Part shown: in pieces, positions 38,001-51,077 of the stretch
How the letters are laid out: each line of letters opens with the position of its first letter
Position numbering within the stretch: position 1 is the stretch's first letter
From: Ptychomitrium polyphyllum
Taxonomy: Eukaryota
Assembly: GCA_973851085.1 (NCBI GenBank)
Contig: OZ316775.1
Coordinates: forward strand, 5,518,001 to 5,582,000
Length of the DNA: 64,000 bases
Direction of reading: 5' to 3'
Notes under the pieces: model-generated
Seen by the model: the letters and a program-made list of their open reading frames with translations, nothing else
Database searches by the model: none
What the model was told of the DNA's origin: nothing
Made by a program: the position numbers and the translations under genes

Positions 38001-39932
38001 ATCTTTAAGGCTTATTCAGTATGTCTCACGTCCAAATACCTTCTATCTTGTGCTCCTTACAGTTTTTCAAACGATATAATTGTTATTTATAAAACGCTCA
38101 CGATCACGAGAGACAATGTTTCTTTAACACGCTAACCTTGCTGAATTCTTAAATTTTTGAACTACTTAGTTCAGATCGTTAATATTATCATATTACAACT
38201 AGCAATGAAAGGATTCGTCTACTCTTGCACTATATTGACATACCAAACTCTAGACACGAGAAAATAATTCAATTGAGTAGAAGAGCATTGTGATTTTTAT
38301 CAGGTATTATTAAGCTAAAACATTTGTACATTGACACTGGTCTTATGATACAGGGGGACAAAAATATAATCAAGTTTGATGGTGATCACAATTCTCCGCG
38401 ACCGCAATTTTACTATGATTCCATTACAATATTCTTCTACAATATTTTGCGTCCTCCTGATGCACCTGTTGTTCCGGAAGTACCTGAACCAATTTTCTTT
38501 GACGATGCATTGGATATTGATGATTTAGATGAGGTGCGTTCCACTTAATCCTTTCGGCATTTGGATATACTCTATTTCAGGAATTCTAGCATTTACAGCT
38601 GACGGCTCATACTTAAAGGGTGTACTGCGTCACTTGAGTCTCATTTGAAAGCTTTAATTTATTACAGGATACGCTCTATGAGATGTTGGGGGCAGTCCGA
38701 CCACCTTCTTCCACTAACACTGGATCATCTCCTGGTGCTGGTACCAGCTCTGATGGTGCTTATTGCAAACCCGATTTCATTTAGATCTTACTTCATATTT
38801 TGTTTTAGCAAATATATTGCATTCTATACATATGCCTTCGTCAGATCTTTAGCTGTAACTTTGGTCGGTGTGGTAGTCGTTGGTACGCAAAATGATTTGC
38901 AAGTATGATGAATGATATTTCAATTTCCGGCGATTAAACAGGCCCAAATTCAGAGTCAACAGAGGAGGCACTCTCACAGACACGTTCACGGTGGCAGATG
39001 AGTCGAGCAGTTGTAAGGCTCTCTCCACATCTTTCAGCTAGTTAATATTATCTGAAATCGTCCTTCTGAGCTTATAAATGATTTTCAAAGATTATGAAAG
39101 CTTTCCATTTTGACAGGTAGTGTGGAAATCGAAGTAACTGGACATTTGTGCAGGTACCTGTGTACTTCACGGACCAGCAAGGAGACCTTTCTGAACTCAG
39201 AGGTTGCGACAGTGATGGATTTGCAGGCACATCCTCCTGTACTGAGGTACGTGCACTTCATTAAGCACTATTATTTTTAACACAATGGTGAACAGAACTA
39301 GAAGGTATGACACTCTATTTTAACCATTTGGTGTGATTCAGGAATTGGAGAATGGGGCCGATGCCAAGCATTCAAATCTACGCTCTTCGAATGAAGGTGA
39401 CAAATGTTGGGCTCCCTCTTCCCAAAATGGGGGCGACTCAGGAGGTGCTGAAGATTCCTCAAATGGAGGTGACAAATGCTGGGCACCGTTTTCCCAAAAT
39501 GGGAATGCCTCAGGAGGTGCTGGGGATTCTTCAGCCAGTGAGGAGCCTTTCTTTGCAAATGAACCTTCAAATTCTGACGATGAAGAAAGGGTATGATTTA
39601 CTTGAAAAGTTTACCATCATTTTACTTTTTGATTGATCAGCCTCCTACGGTATCCCTTTTTTAAAAGTAGAGGCAGGTTATATCTCATGGTGATTATCAG
39701 TCATGCATGCTTTAATAAAAGCAATGATGTTTGTTTTTGGTAACAGATGGTTATGGAGGCCATCGCAGCTTCTCTACATGATGTGGATAAAAAGGAAGCT
39801 GAGCAGAAAAATAAGACTGAGATTTTACGTATTGGGGTTACCCCGTCACCAAACACCAGCAGAATTGACACATTTAGTCAGCGTTTGAGATCAACCTTTT
39901 TTAGAGGTGGCCGTCGCAATGGGTCAAAATGA
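35050..39932 (+). CDS. Alpha/beta-hydrolase superfamily protein (plant MEQLVNF..RPPR family), ~14 exons: 35050-35090, 35589-35670, 35968-36071, 36369-36495, 36801-36895, 37111-37234, 37450-37530, 37920-38018, 38354-38533, 38668-38753, 38942-39012, 39154-39246, 39342-39590, 39747-39932 (C-terminal exons approximate)
   Basis: MMEQLVNFVIRPPRANY; CVIYCHGNSGCRADANEAA; LDFSGSGLSDGNYVSLGWNE; nucleophile elbow GLWGRSMGAVT; FGHATDDAFIQPHHS; FDGDHNSPRP. Confidence 0.9.
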
Positions 39933-41841
39933 ATTGCAGCTACAATATACAGTCCAATCCGTGCTTTCCATTCTTTAAGTGCCATCCGCAGCATCTCATG
40001 TTTACATACCTGCAGTTGCCGTATCAACATATTGTAGTTGAAGGTTTTTATTGTGCATAGAAAGGCAGAGTTGTGCCATTTGTAAATTATGAAAAGAATC
40101 GCCTTTGATTCTTCATTCTAAGCGTTCTCCTAGTGAAAGTTTTGCGTGGTGGTGGACGGTTTTAATTTTTAATAGATCTTGTCTCTAAAATCTCTAATCA
40201 AGAGTTTGAACATGATTTAGGGATGAACATGCAGAGTTTTATTTTGAGAGAGCTTTAATATGGAATGCCTGATCTTGATTAAGCATGTTGGTCCGCTGCC
40301 TAAACCAACAACTCATCAAAGCACAAAATAGCTTGCAACTCTGATAATGGAGATCAAGTGTCATATCCAAGATAGACGAAGCATGCCAGTTGCCAGCTTA
40401 ATTCTCAAACGTCAACCTTTTAGAATGGACTATAATATGGTGTCTGTAAACGTGTCGAGAAGCTCCTTGTGCAGAAAGATTCACCTAGTATAGCAGCAAT
40501 TATCTTAAGTGATGCTAATAAACACTTCGATTCCAATACATTAAGTTTCATAGGAAATGACTTACTCCTAAAGAATCATTTCCTAAAACCCACAATGTCA
40601 CATCCAAAATCAAGTTGCTGTCGAGTTCCTTCGTGTCAAGGATGAATCGCAGAAGGTGTGGAACACTGGTGGCAATTTCGGCGCTCATGATGACAGTATT
40701 TTGCTCACAGTTATTATCCACCAACCACTACAGTTCAGTCTCACGCATCCCAAAGTCTACGATCCAGGGCCAGTTTATCCTGCAATTTGTTCCTATCTGA
40801 GCCTGAACATGATGGGATCGTCCATAGCAAATGGCTGCATTCAGGCACACTTTCAGGCAGATTCATAGCTGGAGTGAATTACTTAGTTGTGACGAAGTTT
40901 TAATTGTGAAATACAAGGATCAACACTGAAAACTTGGTTTACTCTAGCCTGTGCTAAGTTTTGTATCTTTCAGCTAATTTTAATAAAAAATATTTTTTAT
41001 TAGTTAAAGAGCTATAATAATCCTTATACTTTTATTTAGTTAGGACGGACGAATAAAACCCACCCTGTTGTTTCATCACACATATAATAATAAATCCCCG
41101 CCAGCGTCCTCCCTAGCGCATGAAAAGATATACTCATTCTATACAATTAGCATGCGTCAAACTAAAGAGAAACGCACGATTCCCACAATCACCATTAACA
41201 CTGGATTGGTAACCCAATACCGGACCTGAGTGCTACAAACGCCAAGAGTTTCAAAAAGGCGAGTGGTGGCATTCACGCCGCAGCGAGCCTTGGCACAGCC
41301 TCTGCGCAGCACGTGGCAACAGGCAGCACCCTGCACTGCGCACAGCAGATGCCCGCTGTGGATGCTGGAAATCGCTCCCATGCACGCAAGTGCGTCACTG
41401 ATGGTGCACCATGCATGCATCACCCATCTCTCCCGAAGGCCAATTCTCTCCGGCATGGTCGCACACCCACTGCTCCATCACTGACCTTGACAAGCGTCGT
41501 TTGCATAGTTGGGCACGGAACCAAGAATACTCATCTTCAAGGTTGAGATTGAAATTGAATTTGACCAATGCTGAATGCTGGGTGCTTTCAGGGTGAGTGA
41601 GTGAGTGATTTGGTGTTTAGGTTTGGCTAGTTTCAGATTTGGACACTACTGGTATGTATTCTATGTAGTGTGCACTTGGAATGTTGTTGGTTGGGAATAG
41701 AACAGAGGGTTTTGGGATTGCAGCTGATTTGTATGTTTGAGTGTACATGGTTCACTTCGCGAGTTTGGAGTTTGAGGTTGGTGTTGTGTTCTTGGTGTTT
41801 GGAGAATCTTCCTTGTTTATTTTGAGGGGAAGACTTTGGCC

Positions 41842-42732
41842 ATGGCGGTAGCTGTGCGAGGAGCGCGAGCGGTAGCGACAGGGAACTGGCAGCGGCTTCT
41901 AGGGTCGACGAGTGTCAGGTCCATTTCGTCGACGAGTTCATGTTGGGATCACCCCAGTCCCTTGAAGGATCATTCTGCTTCGAAGCAGGGTTCGGCAGCT
42001 AGCTCCGTGGGTGGTGAGGAGCCCGTTATGAAACCTAAAGAGAGGAAGAAGCTGCTGGTGTTGGGAGGGAATGGCTTTGTGGGATCTCATGTGTGTATGG
42101 AAGCGCTCGCGCGAGGAGTTCCTGTAGTGAGTTTGAACCGGACAGGGCGACCTAATGGAACAGACGGCAGCTGGGTGAACAATGTCGTGTGGGTTCGCGG
42201 CGATTTGTTCGACCCGACGAGGTGGGAGGATTCGCTGGACGAAGTGCAGGCGGTCATTTCTTGCGTTGGGGGGTTTGGAACGAATGAGCAAATGCGGAGG
42301 ATTAACGGCGAGGCCAATCGCACCGCCGTGTGGGCTGCCTCACGAGCCGGCGTGAAGAGATTCGTGTACGTTTCGATCGCTGATTTCGGACTCCCTTCCA
42401 TTGTGTTGCAAGGTTACTTCGAAGGGAAGAAGCTCGCGGAAGATGCAGTGCGGTCGAAGTTTCCCTACTCCGGTGTCATTTTGAGGCCAGGGTTCATCTA
42501 CGGGGATCGAAAGATCGCAGGCGTGAATGTGCCACTGGGAATGATAGCCTCCCCTTTGGAATCCGTCATGAAGCAGGCGAAAGCTCTCACTCAGGTTCCT
42601 CTTGTTGGGCCTCTGTTTGTACCTCCTGTGAAAGTGGAAGCTGTAGCTAAGGCTGCAGTGAAGGCGGCGCTTGGCCCTGTTCCTCCCGGAGTGATGGATG
42701 TGTGGAGCATTATCCGACTTGGAGGCCATTGA
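41842..42732 (+). CDS. NAD(P)-binding Rossmann-fold atypical SDR (Coq11/At5g10730-like), probably mitochondrial, intronless
   Basis: Arg/Ser-rich presequence, LLVLGGNGFVGSHVC, AVISCVGGFG, INGEAN, GYFEGKKLAE, LRPGFIYG. First ATG is at 41842 (the ORF track starts at an upstream TTG). Confidence 0.88.
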   Translation: MAVAVRGARAVATGNWQRLLGSTSVRSISSTSSCWDHPSPLKDHSASKQGSAASSVGGEEPVMKPKERKKLLVLGGNGFVGSHVCMEALARGVPVVSLNRTGRPNGTDGSWVNNVVWVRGDLFDPTRWEDSLDEVQAVISCVGGFGTNEQMRRINGEANRTAVWAASRAGVKRFVYVSIADFGLPSIVLQGYFEGKKLAEDAVRSKFPYSGVILRPGFIYGDRKIAGVNVPLGMIASPLESVMKQAKALTQVPLVGPLFVPPVKVEAVAKAAVKAALGPVPPGVMDVWSIIRLGGH

Positions 42733-45700
42733 TTCTCCGTTCTGAATCTCCCTGGTCCTTACTGCTTAAGCCAATTTGCCTGATTCTACCAAACCTAACC
42801 CTGTGGCTACCTATTAAACTTTCTCCATGATGAGTGTGGAGTTTGGATAGGTACCATGCCAAGGAAGCTGGATTCAGATCCTCATCGTTCAATTTTTATT
42901 CTTATGTAAATTTCTATGTCTTAGGGTTGATGAAGTCAATCAATTCCTTTAATTGGCTTGGTATCGTTGGCCAGGAAGTGCCATCTGGGGATGTCAACTC
43001 CATGTTGCAAATCTCCATGGATTGCTGGAGATGGTCTTCAGCGAATGGGAGGATGTACGTTCATTCAATTCGAGATTGTGATGTCCTAGGCTGCAGGGTA
43101 AGAAAGTCGTGTGATATCCTTTAGTGCATAGGAACCTGTTAATAACCTTGAAGAAATGGTAAGTATGTTGCCAGAAAAATTTTAGCTGGCATCTCACGGA
43201 GCTTCTTGCTTTTGTAAGTACGATGCTGTAAAGCTCACTGTTGCTCTTGAGTGTACATTGTTTAGTCTCATTCATCCGCTGTGCATGCTGTCGTTGAAGT
43301 AAAAGATGCTGCAGGAAACAATCATATATGCATTCTGGCTTTGGTTTTGTGAAGCCAGATGTGCTTAGACTCTTCCACTTCCTGAGGTCTTTTGAACTCT
43401 TTGAGTGGCAATAGCTGTGATTCAGTAATGCTTTGTTCAAATCTCACTGTTCACTTGTTTTGTAGCTTTGGATTTGTCTTGCGCTGGCAGTTCACGTTTC
43501 TTATAGTTTTTTTATTTTGTGGGGTTTGCCTCTGTCTGTATCAATAACATATGCCTGCGCTAGTGGGCTCGGGGTCCATATCTGATCCCTGGTCAATGTG
43601 TTTGTAACTGTGGCGCTTGTGTAAATCAGATCAAAGTTGATGAGCAGTTGCACTTGTGTGCCCTAGATTGATTTTGATGTTGGACGTGTGTTTATGGAGA
43701 CAAGGTTTGAGTCATTCGTGGTATTCCTCTAGGTATGCATTTTTTGTCTGCGTGTGCGTTGAGACCAGTTACGCTGCATGTAAAGTGTTGCAAATGAAAA
43801 TTGTTTCTTGAATTCTCAGACATTTATATTCAGATTCAAATGATAGTATCTTATTTTGTTTCAATACAAATAAGATCTTTACTGAGTTGGAAAACTGTAG
43901 CTTGGGGATATTTTTCAAGTCACAACACAAAAGTAATTAGGGATCGATATTGTCATCCATACTACAGTACGGGACTAACTTGTTGGTGGTCACTTTTCTA
44001 GGTTAGAAGTTAGGTCGTTATGGGTGAATTTTGTGTTCAAATTGTTTACTCCCAGTTGTATTTGGACTGTGTATACTGTAAGTTACGGAAATAGGTCTTA
44101 TCCCACACCTCAAAAATTGTCTCAACTTCTGATGTTAGCTTAGTGATAACCTTGTTATTTGTAGGAAGTAGGTAAATGAAGGAACAATTTCGTAATTCTT
44201 AAGCGACCCAACAAAGTAGTCTACTGGAGCTTGGACCAATATGGTACAGGTTTGCTTGGTTGGAATGGAAAATTGTCGATAGATGCACGCAATCTTATAG
44301 AAAATTCTTCTTTTCTCCTTTTGAGACAAGATTTATCTTTGCTTTCCAAAAATAATATTTTCTGCAGCACCTTGGTATAAGCGTATTTACTTTCTGCGAG
44401 AGACTGGTAGAGTGGACAGAATCCGTTGTGTTTGAAAATAATGGCCTGCTTAGCAAGTGCAAAAGAATCTCAATTATGATTACCAGAAATATTAACAATC
44501 TGAAATAGCTCATAGTTGGTAGCCACTTTTTGACCATCTTCCTTTAATGTATTCTGAAGAAGAAATATAGCCTCTTCTAAATGTTAGTGAGTATTCTTTT
44601 AAAATCTTTTTAAAACAAAGGTAGCAAATTGTTGTCAAACATTTTCAATCAAAAATTGGAATTTTATTATGTAGCCAAATCCACATTCTCACCCTTCATA
44701 TTCACCACTTGTTGTTTCATAGGTTTATAACATCCTTAAAATTAATATCCTTAATATTAATTTTTATAATTTATAATAAACTTGAATTTCGAATGTGTAC
44801 AGTGATTTATGTCGGTTTATATGCAAATAAGTAAGTTTTACTTACAATAAATTTGAAAAGGAATTAACCAATATTTGTTAAGAATGTTATATAAAATGCT
44901 TATAAGCTTGAATGTATTTAATGTTTTCCTTTCGATTTTAAGACTAAGGTATTCTTTAATTAATGAAGAATGTTATATTACATTATTAAATTGAAGAATA
45001 TTCAAATTGGATGCTTTTAATATTGTTCAAAAATATTATTACAGATAAATTGACCACATTCATTATTGTCATCACTATGAAATCTAGTATTACATTGAGA
45101 TCTTATACCAATTCTTATATTAGTTATAATAACTACTTGTATAATATATTTTGTGAATATAATAACAATTTATTTTTTTATCAAAATAATACTATATATA
45201 CTTGAAATTTTCAAGGTTATTATCATGAAGATACATTACTTTTTTTGAATCCTTATGATTTGATAAAAAAATATTCATGCAATCCATGGTATATCCACAT
45301 CGTAACAAATTATTGGAAAATTTTCAATTATTGAAACTCATACTTTGTTTAACTCCAAATTGTAGAGAATTTTTTACAATTACTATGAGTTATAATAATG
45401 ACAATAATTGTTGTACCATACAACAAGAATGAGTAGACAACACCATTTCTATTATAGTAGAACAATTCATTACCACTTTAATAAAAGAAAATTTCCCATT
45501 CACTAAATATTGAATGCTACTTAGAAGATTGTGTGCTCATACATCAAAATTCATATCTATTACATATTTCCAAAACCACCCATATCTATTGTATACTTTC
45601 CTTCCTAAATTTACATAAATCCACCTTTCTCCATCACCATCACTTTATAATTCCATGTTTACACAATTGTAGTCCATTAGATCAATCTTAAGAGCTAAGA

Positions 45701-45839
45701 ACTGCTTTACAGCTTAAACCACGGATAAACCTTTCTGGGTAAAGGCAATGCAGGCCCATGTTAATGCGTTGTTGGGCTTCTTTCTACCAGGTTCAAACTT
45801 TCAGAATTTCACATTCATGTTAGGTGTTGTGCCAAACTC

Positions 45840-48800
45840 GAAGCAAGAAGGCAGAAGGCAAAAGCGAGAAAGAAGAAGGCAGAAGGAAGACGAAAGAAGG
45901 AAGACGAAAGAAGGAAGACGAAAGAAGGAAGACGAAAGAAGGAAGACGAAAGAAGGAAGACGAAAGAAGGAAGACGAAAGAAGGAAGACGAAAGAAGGAA
46001 GACGAAAGAAGGAAGACGAAAGAAGGAAGACGAAAGAAGGAAGACGAAAGAAGGAAGACGAAAGAAGGAAGACGAAATAAAGAAGAGGAAAGAAGGAAGA
46101 AGAAAGAAGGAAGACGAAAGAAGGAAGACGAAAGAAGGAAGACGAAAGAAGGAAGACGAAAGAAGGAAGACGAAAGAAGGCAGACGAAATAAAGAAGATG
46201 AAAGAAGGAAGACGAAAGAAGGAAGACGAAATAAAGAAGATGAAAGAAGGAAGACGAAAGAAGGAAGACGAAAGAAGGCAGACGAAAGAAGGAAGACGAA
46301 AGAAGGAAGACGAAAGAAGGAAGACGAAAGAAGGAAGACGAAAGAAGGAAGACGAAAGAAGGAAGACGAAATAACGAAGAGGAAAGAAGGAAGAGGAAAG
46401 AAGGAAGACGAAAGAAGGAAGACGAAAGAAGGAAGACGAAATAAAGCAGACGAAAGAAGGAAGACGAAAGAAGGAAGACGAAAGAAGGCAGACGAAAGAA
46501 GGCAGACGAAAGAAGGAAGACGAAAGAAAGAAGACGAAAGAACGAAGACGAAAGAAGGAAGACGAAAGAAGGAAGACGAAAGAAGGAAGACGAAAGAAGG
46601 CAGACGAAAGAAGGAAGACGAAAGAACGAAGACGAAAGAAGGAAGACGAAATAAAGAAGATGAAAGAAGGCAGATGAAAGAAGGAAGACGAAAGAAGGAA
46701 GACGAAAGAAGGCAGACGAAAGAAAGAAGACGAAAGAACGAAGACGAAATAACGAAGATGAAAGAAGGCAGACGAAAGAAGGAAGACGAAAGAAGGAAGA
46801 CGAAAGAAGGAAGACGAAAGAAGGAAGATGAAATAAAGAAGATGAAAGAAGGAAGACGAAAGAAGGAAGACGAAAGAAGGCAGACGAATGAAGGAAGACG
46901 AAAGAAGGAAGACGAAAGAAGGAAGACGAAAGAAGGAAGACGAAAGAAGGAAGACGAAAGAAGGAAGACGAAATAAAGAAGAGGAAAGAAGGAAGAGGAA
47001 AGAAGGAAGACGAAAGAAGGAAGACGAAAGAAGGAAGACAAAACAAGGAAGACGAAAGAAGGAAGACGAAAGAAGGAAGACGAAAGGAGGAAGACGAAAG
47101 AAGGAAGACGAAAGAAGGAAGACGAAAGAAGGAAGACGAAAGAAGGAAGACGAAAGAAGGAAGACGAAAGAAAGAAGACGAAATAAAGAAGACGAAAGAA
47201 GGAAGACGAAAGAAGGAAGACGAAAGAAGGAAGACGAAAGAAGGAAGACGAAAGAACGAAGACGAAAGAACGAAGATGAAAGAAGGAAAACGAAAGAAGG
47301 AAGACCAAACAAGGAAGACGAAACAAGGAAGACGAAAGAAGGAAGAGGAAAGAAGGAAGACGAAAGAAGGAAGACGAAAGAAGGAAGACGAAAGAAGGAA
47401 GACGAAAGAAGGAAGACGAAAGAAGGCAGACGAAAGAAGGAAGACGTAAGAAAGAAGACGAAAGAAGGAAGACGAAAGAAGGAAGACGAAAGAAGGAAGA
47501 CGAAAGAAGGAAGACGAAAGAAGGCAGACGAAAGAAGGAAGACGAAAGAACGAAGACGAAAGAAGGAAGACGAAATAAAGAAGAGGAAAGAAGGCAGACG
47601 AAAGAAGGAAGACGAAAGAAGGCAGACAAAAGAAGGAAGACGAAAGAAGGAAGACGAAAGAAGGAAGACGAAAGAAGGAAGACGAAAGAAGGAAGACGAA
47701 AGAAGGCAGACGAAAGAAGGCAGACGAAAGAAGGAAGACGAAAGAAAGAAGACGAAAGAAAGAAGAGGAAACAAAGAAGATGAAAGAAGGCAGACGAAAG
47801 AAGGAAGACGAAAGAAGGAAGACGAAAGAAGGAAGACGAAAGAAGGAAGACGAAATAAAGAAGATGAAAGAAGGAAGACGAAAGAAGGCAGACCAAAGAA
47901 GGAAGACGAAAGAAGGAAGACGAAAGAAGGAAGACGAAAGAAGGAAGACGAAAGAAGGAAGACGAAAGAAGGAAGACGAAAGAAGGCAGACGAAAGAAGG
48001 AAGACGAAAGAAAGAAGACGAAAGAAGGAAGACGAAATAAAGAAGATGAAAGCAGGCAGACGAAAGAAGGAAGATGAAAGAAGGAAGACGAGAGAAGGAA
48101 GACGAAAGAAGGAAGACGAAAGAAGGAAGATGAAATAAAGAAGATGAAAGAAGGAAGACGAAAGAAGGAAGACGAAAGAAGGCAGACGAATGAAGGAAGA
48201 CGAAAGAAGGAAGACGAAAGAAGGAAGACGAAAGAAGGAAGACGAAAGAAGGAAGACGAAAGAAGGAAGACGAAATAAGGAAGAGGAAAGAAGGAAGAGG
48301 AAAGAAGGAAGACGAAAGAAGGAAGACGAAAGAAGGAAGACGAAAGAAGGAAGACGAAAGAAGGAAGACGAAAGAAGGAAGACGAAAGAAGGAAGACGAA
48401 AGAAGGCAGACGAAAGAAGGAAGAGGAAAGAAGGAAGACGAAAGAAGGAAGACGAAAGAAGGCAGACGAAAGAAGGAAGACGAAAGAAGGCAGACGAAAG
48501 AAGGAAGAGGAAAGAAGGAAGACGAAAGAAGGAAGACGAAAGAAGGAAGACGAAAGAAGGAAGACGAAAGAAGGAAGACGAAAGAAGGAAGACGAAAGAA
48601 GGAAGACGAAAGAAGGAAGACGAAAGAAGGAAGACAAAAGAAGGAAGACGAAAGAAGGAAGACGAAAGAAGGAAGACGAAAGAAGGAAGACGAAAGAAGG
48701 AAGACGAAAGAAGGAAGACGAAAGAAGGAAGACGAAAGAAGGCAGACGAAAGAAGGAAAACGAAAGAAGGAAGACGAATGAAGGAAGACGAAAGAAGGAA

Positions 48801-50465
48801 GAGGAAAGAAGGAAGACGAAAGAAGGAAGACGAAAAAAGGAAGACGAAAGAAGGAAGACGAAAGAAGGAAGACGAAAGAAGGAAGACGAAAGAAGGAAGA
48901 CGAAAGAAGGAAGACGAAAGAAGGAAGACGAAAGAAGGCAGACGAAAGAAGGAAGACGAAATAAAGAAGATGAAAGAAGGAAGACGAAAGAAGGCAGACG
49001 AAAGAAGGAAGACGAAAGAAGGAAGACGAAAGAAGGAAGAGGAAAGAAGGAAGACGAAATAAAGAAGACGAAAGAAGGAAGATGAAAGAAGGAAGACGAA
49101 AGAAGGCAGACGAAAGAAGGAAGACGAAAGAAAGAAGACGAAAGAAAGAAGACGAAAGAAGGCAGACGAAAGAAGGAAGACGTAAGAAGGAAGACGAAAG
49201 AAGGAAGACGAAAGAAGGAAGACGAAAGAAGGAAGACGAAATAAAGAAGACGAAAGAAGGAAGACGAAAGAAGGAAGACGAAAGAAGGAAGAAGAAAGAA
49301 GGCAGACTAAAGAAGGAAGACGAAAGAAAGAAGACGAAAGAAGGAAGACGAAAGAAGGAAGACGAAAGAAGGAAGACGAAAGAAGGAAGACGAAATAAAG
49401 AAGACGAAAGAAGGAAGACGAAAGAAGGCAGACGAAAGAAGGAAGACGAAATAAAGAAGACGAAAGAAGGAAGACGAAAGAAGGAAGACGAAAGAAGGAA
49501 GACGAAATAAAGAAGACGAAAGAAGGAAGACGAAAGAAGGCAGACGAAAGAAGGAAGACGAAATAAAGAAGACGAAAGAAGGAAGACGAAAGAAGGCAGA
49601 CGAAAGAAGGAAGACGAAAGAATGAAGACGAAAGAAGGAAGACGAAAGAAGGAAGACGAAATAAAGAAGACGAAAGAAGGAAGACGAAAGAAGGAAGACG
49701 AAAGAAGGCAGACGAAAGAAGGAAGACGAAAGAAAGAATACGAAAGAAGGAAGACGAAAGAAGGAAGACGAAAGAAGGAAGACGAAAGAAGGAAGACGAA
49801 ATAAAGAAGACGAAAGAAGGAAGACGAAAGAAGGCAGACGAAAGAAGGAAGACGAAATAAAGAAGACGAAAGAAGGAAGACGAAAGAAGGCAGACGAAAG
49901 AAGGAAGACGAAAGAAAGAAGACGAAAGAAAGAAGACGAATGAAGGAAGACGAAAGAAGGAAGACGAAAGAAGGAAGACGAAAGAAGGAAGACGAAAGAA
50001 GGAAGACGAAATAAAGAAGACGAAAGAAGGAAGACGAAAGAAGGAAGACGAAAGAAGGCAGACGAAAGAAGGAAGACGAAAGAAGGAAGACGAAAGAAGG
50101 AAGAGGAAAGAAGGAAGACGAAAGAAGGAAGACGAAAGAAGGAAGACGAAAGAAGGAAGACGAAAGAAGGAAGACGAAACAAGGAAGACGAAACAAGGAA
50201 GACAAAACAAGGAAGACGAAATAAAGAAGAGGAAAGAAGGAAGACGAAAGAAGGAAGACGAAAAAAGGAAGACGAAAAAAGGAAGACGAAAGAAGGAAGA
50301 CGAAAGAAGGGAGACGAAAGAAGGAAGACGAAAGAAGGAAGACGAAAGAAGGAAGACGAAAGAAGGAAGACGAAAGAAGGCAGATGAAAGAAGGAAGACG
50401 AAAGAAGGCAGACGAAAGAAGGCAGACGAAAGAAGGAAGATGAAAGAAGGAAGTCGAAAGAAGAG
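45840..50465 (+). repeat. Tandem array of a 14-bp unit GAAAGAAGGAAGAC, ~330 copies
   Basis: Directly visible. Recurrent variants include GAAATAAAGAAGAC, GAAAGAAGGCAGAC, GAAAGAAGGAAGAG and GAATGAAGGAAGAC. Confidence 0.99.
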
Positions 50466-51077
50466 AACTAAAGCCTGGCATGGCAAGCAAGGGCCACACA
50501 AAGGCAGCCCCACCAAGCAGAATCCAAGCAGATGCTGCACAGCTCTGCCATCGCCATCCACTCCACTCACTCTCGGAGTGTCCCTGTGTTGCACCATCCC
50601 CACTCGCCCACCTCTATAACCATCCCGCAGCGCAGGGTCCTCTGCGACGGGTTGCGGGGCGTTATCGCTCCTGCGCAGTGTCCATTCCTTTTCTTTTGGG
50701 GGTTTCTGTGCAGGGTTGAGTACCACAGGGGAGAGCAAGGGAGACCAGAGCTCATGAGCCCTTTGTGTTTGTCCAAGATTGGGATTTTGGGGTTACTTTG
50801 TTACTGAGTTTAGGGTAAAGTGTGAGGTGGGGTGTTTCATCTGAGATTTAGTCGAACAATGGTGCGTGGTAGCTATGCAGGCGTGGTTTATGAGGTTTTA
50901 GGGTTGGGAGAGGGAGGCTTCTTATTTCTTGGATTTGGTCAAGCGGGGGAGTTGTAGTGGAGGTTCGAGTTAGGGTTAGTGGTGGGTTTATGGGAGAAGG
51001 GAGTTTTGGGAAGGAGTCAGGGGTTTTGGGGGTTTTGTGAGGTTGGGGGTTCTTGGGGGTCGGAACCAAGGCATGCA

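Noticed and set aside
45840..50465. Array as CRISPR or telomeric repeat
   Set aside because: There are no unique spacers or cas genes, the context is eukaryotic, and the unit is not TTTAGGG-like.
45801..50738. Very long F/S/L-rich and K/E/R-rich ORFs as genuine genes
   Set aside because: They follow automatically from the stop-poor 14-bp repeat and have no unique domain; kept only as a low-interest finding.
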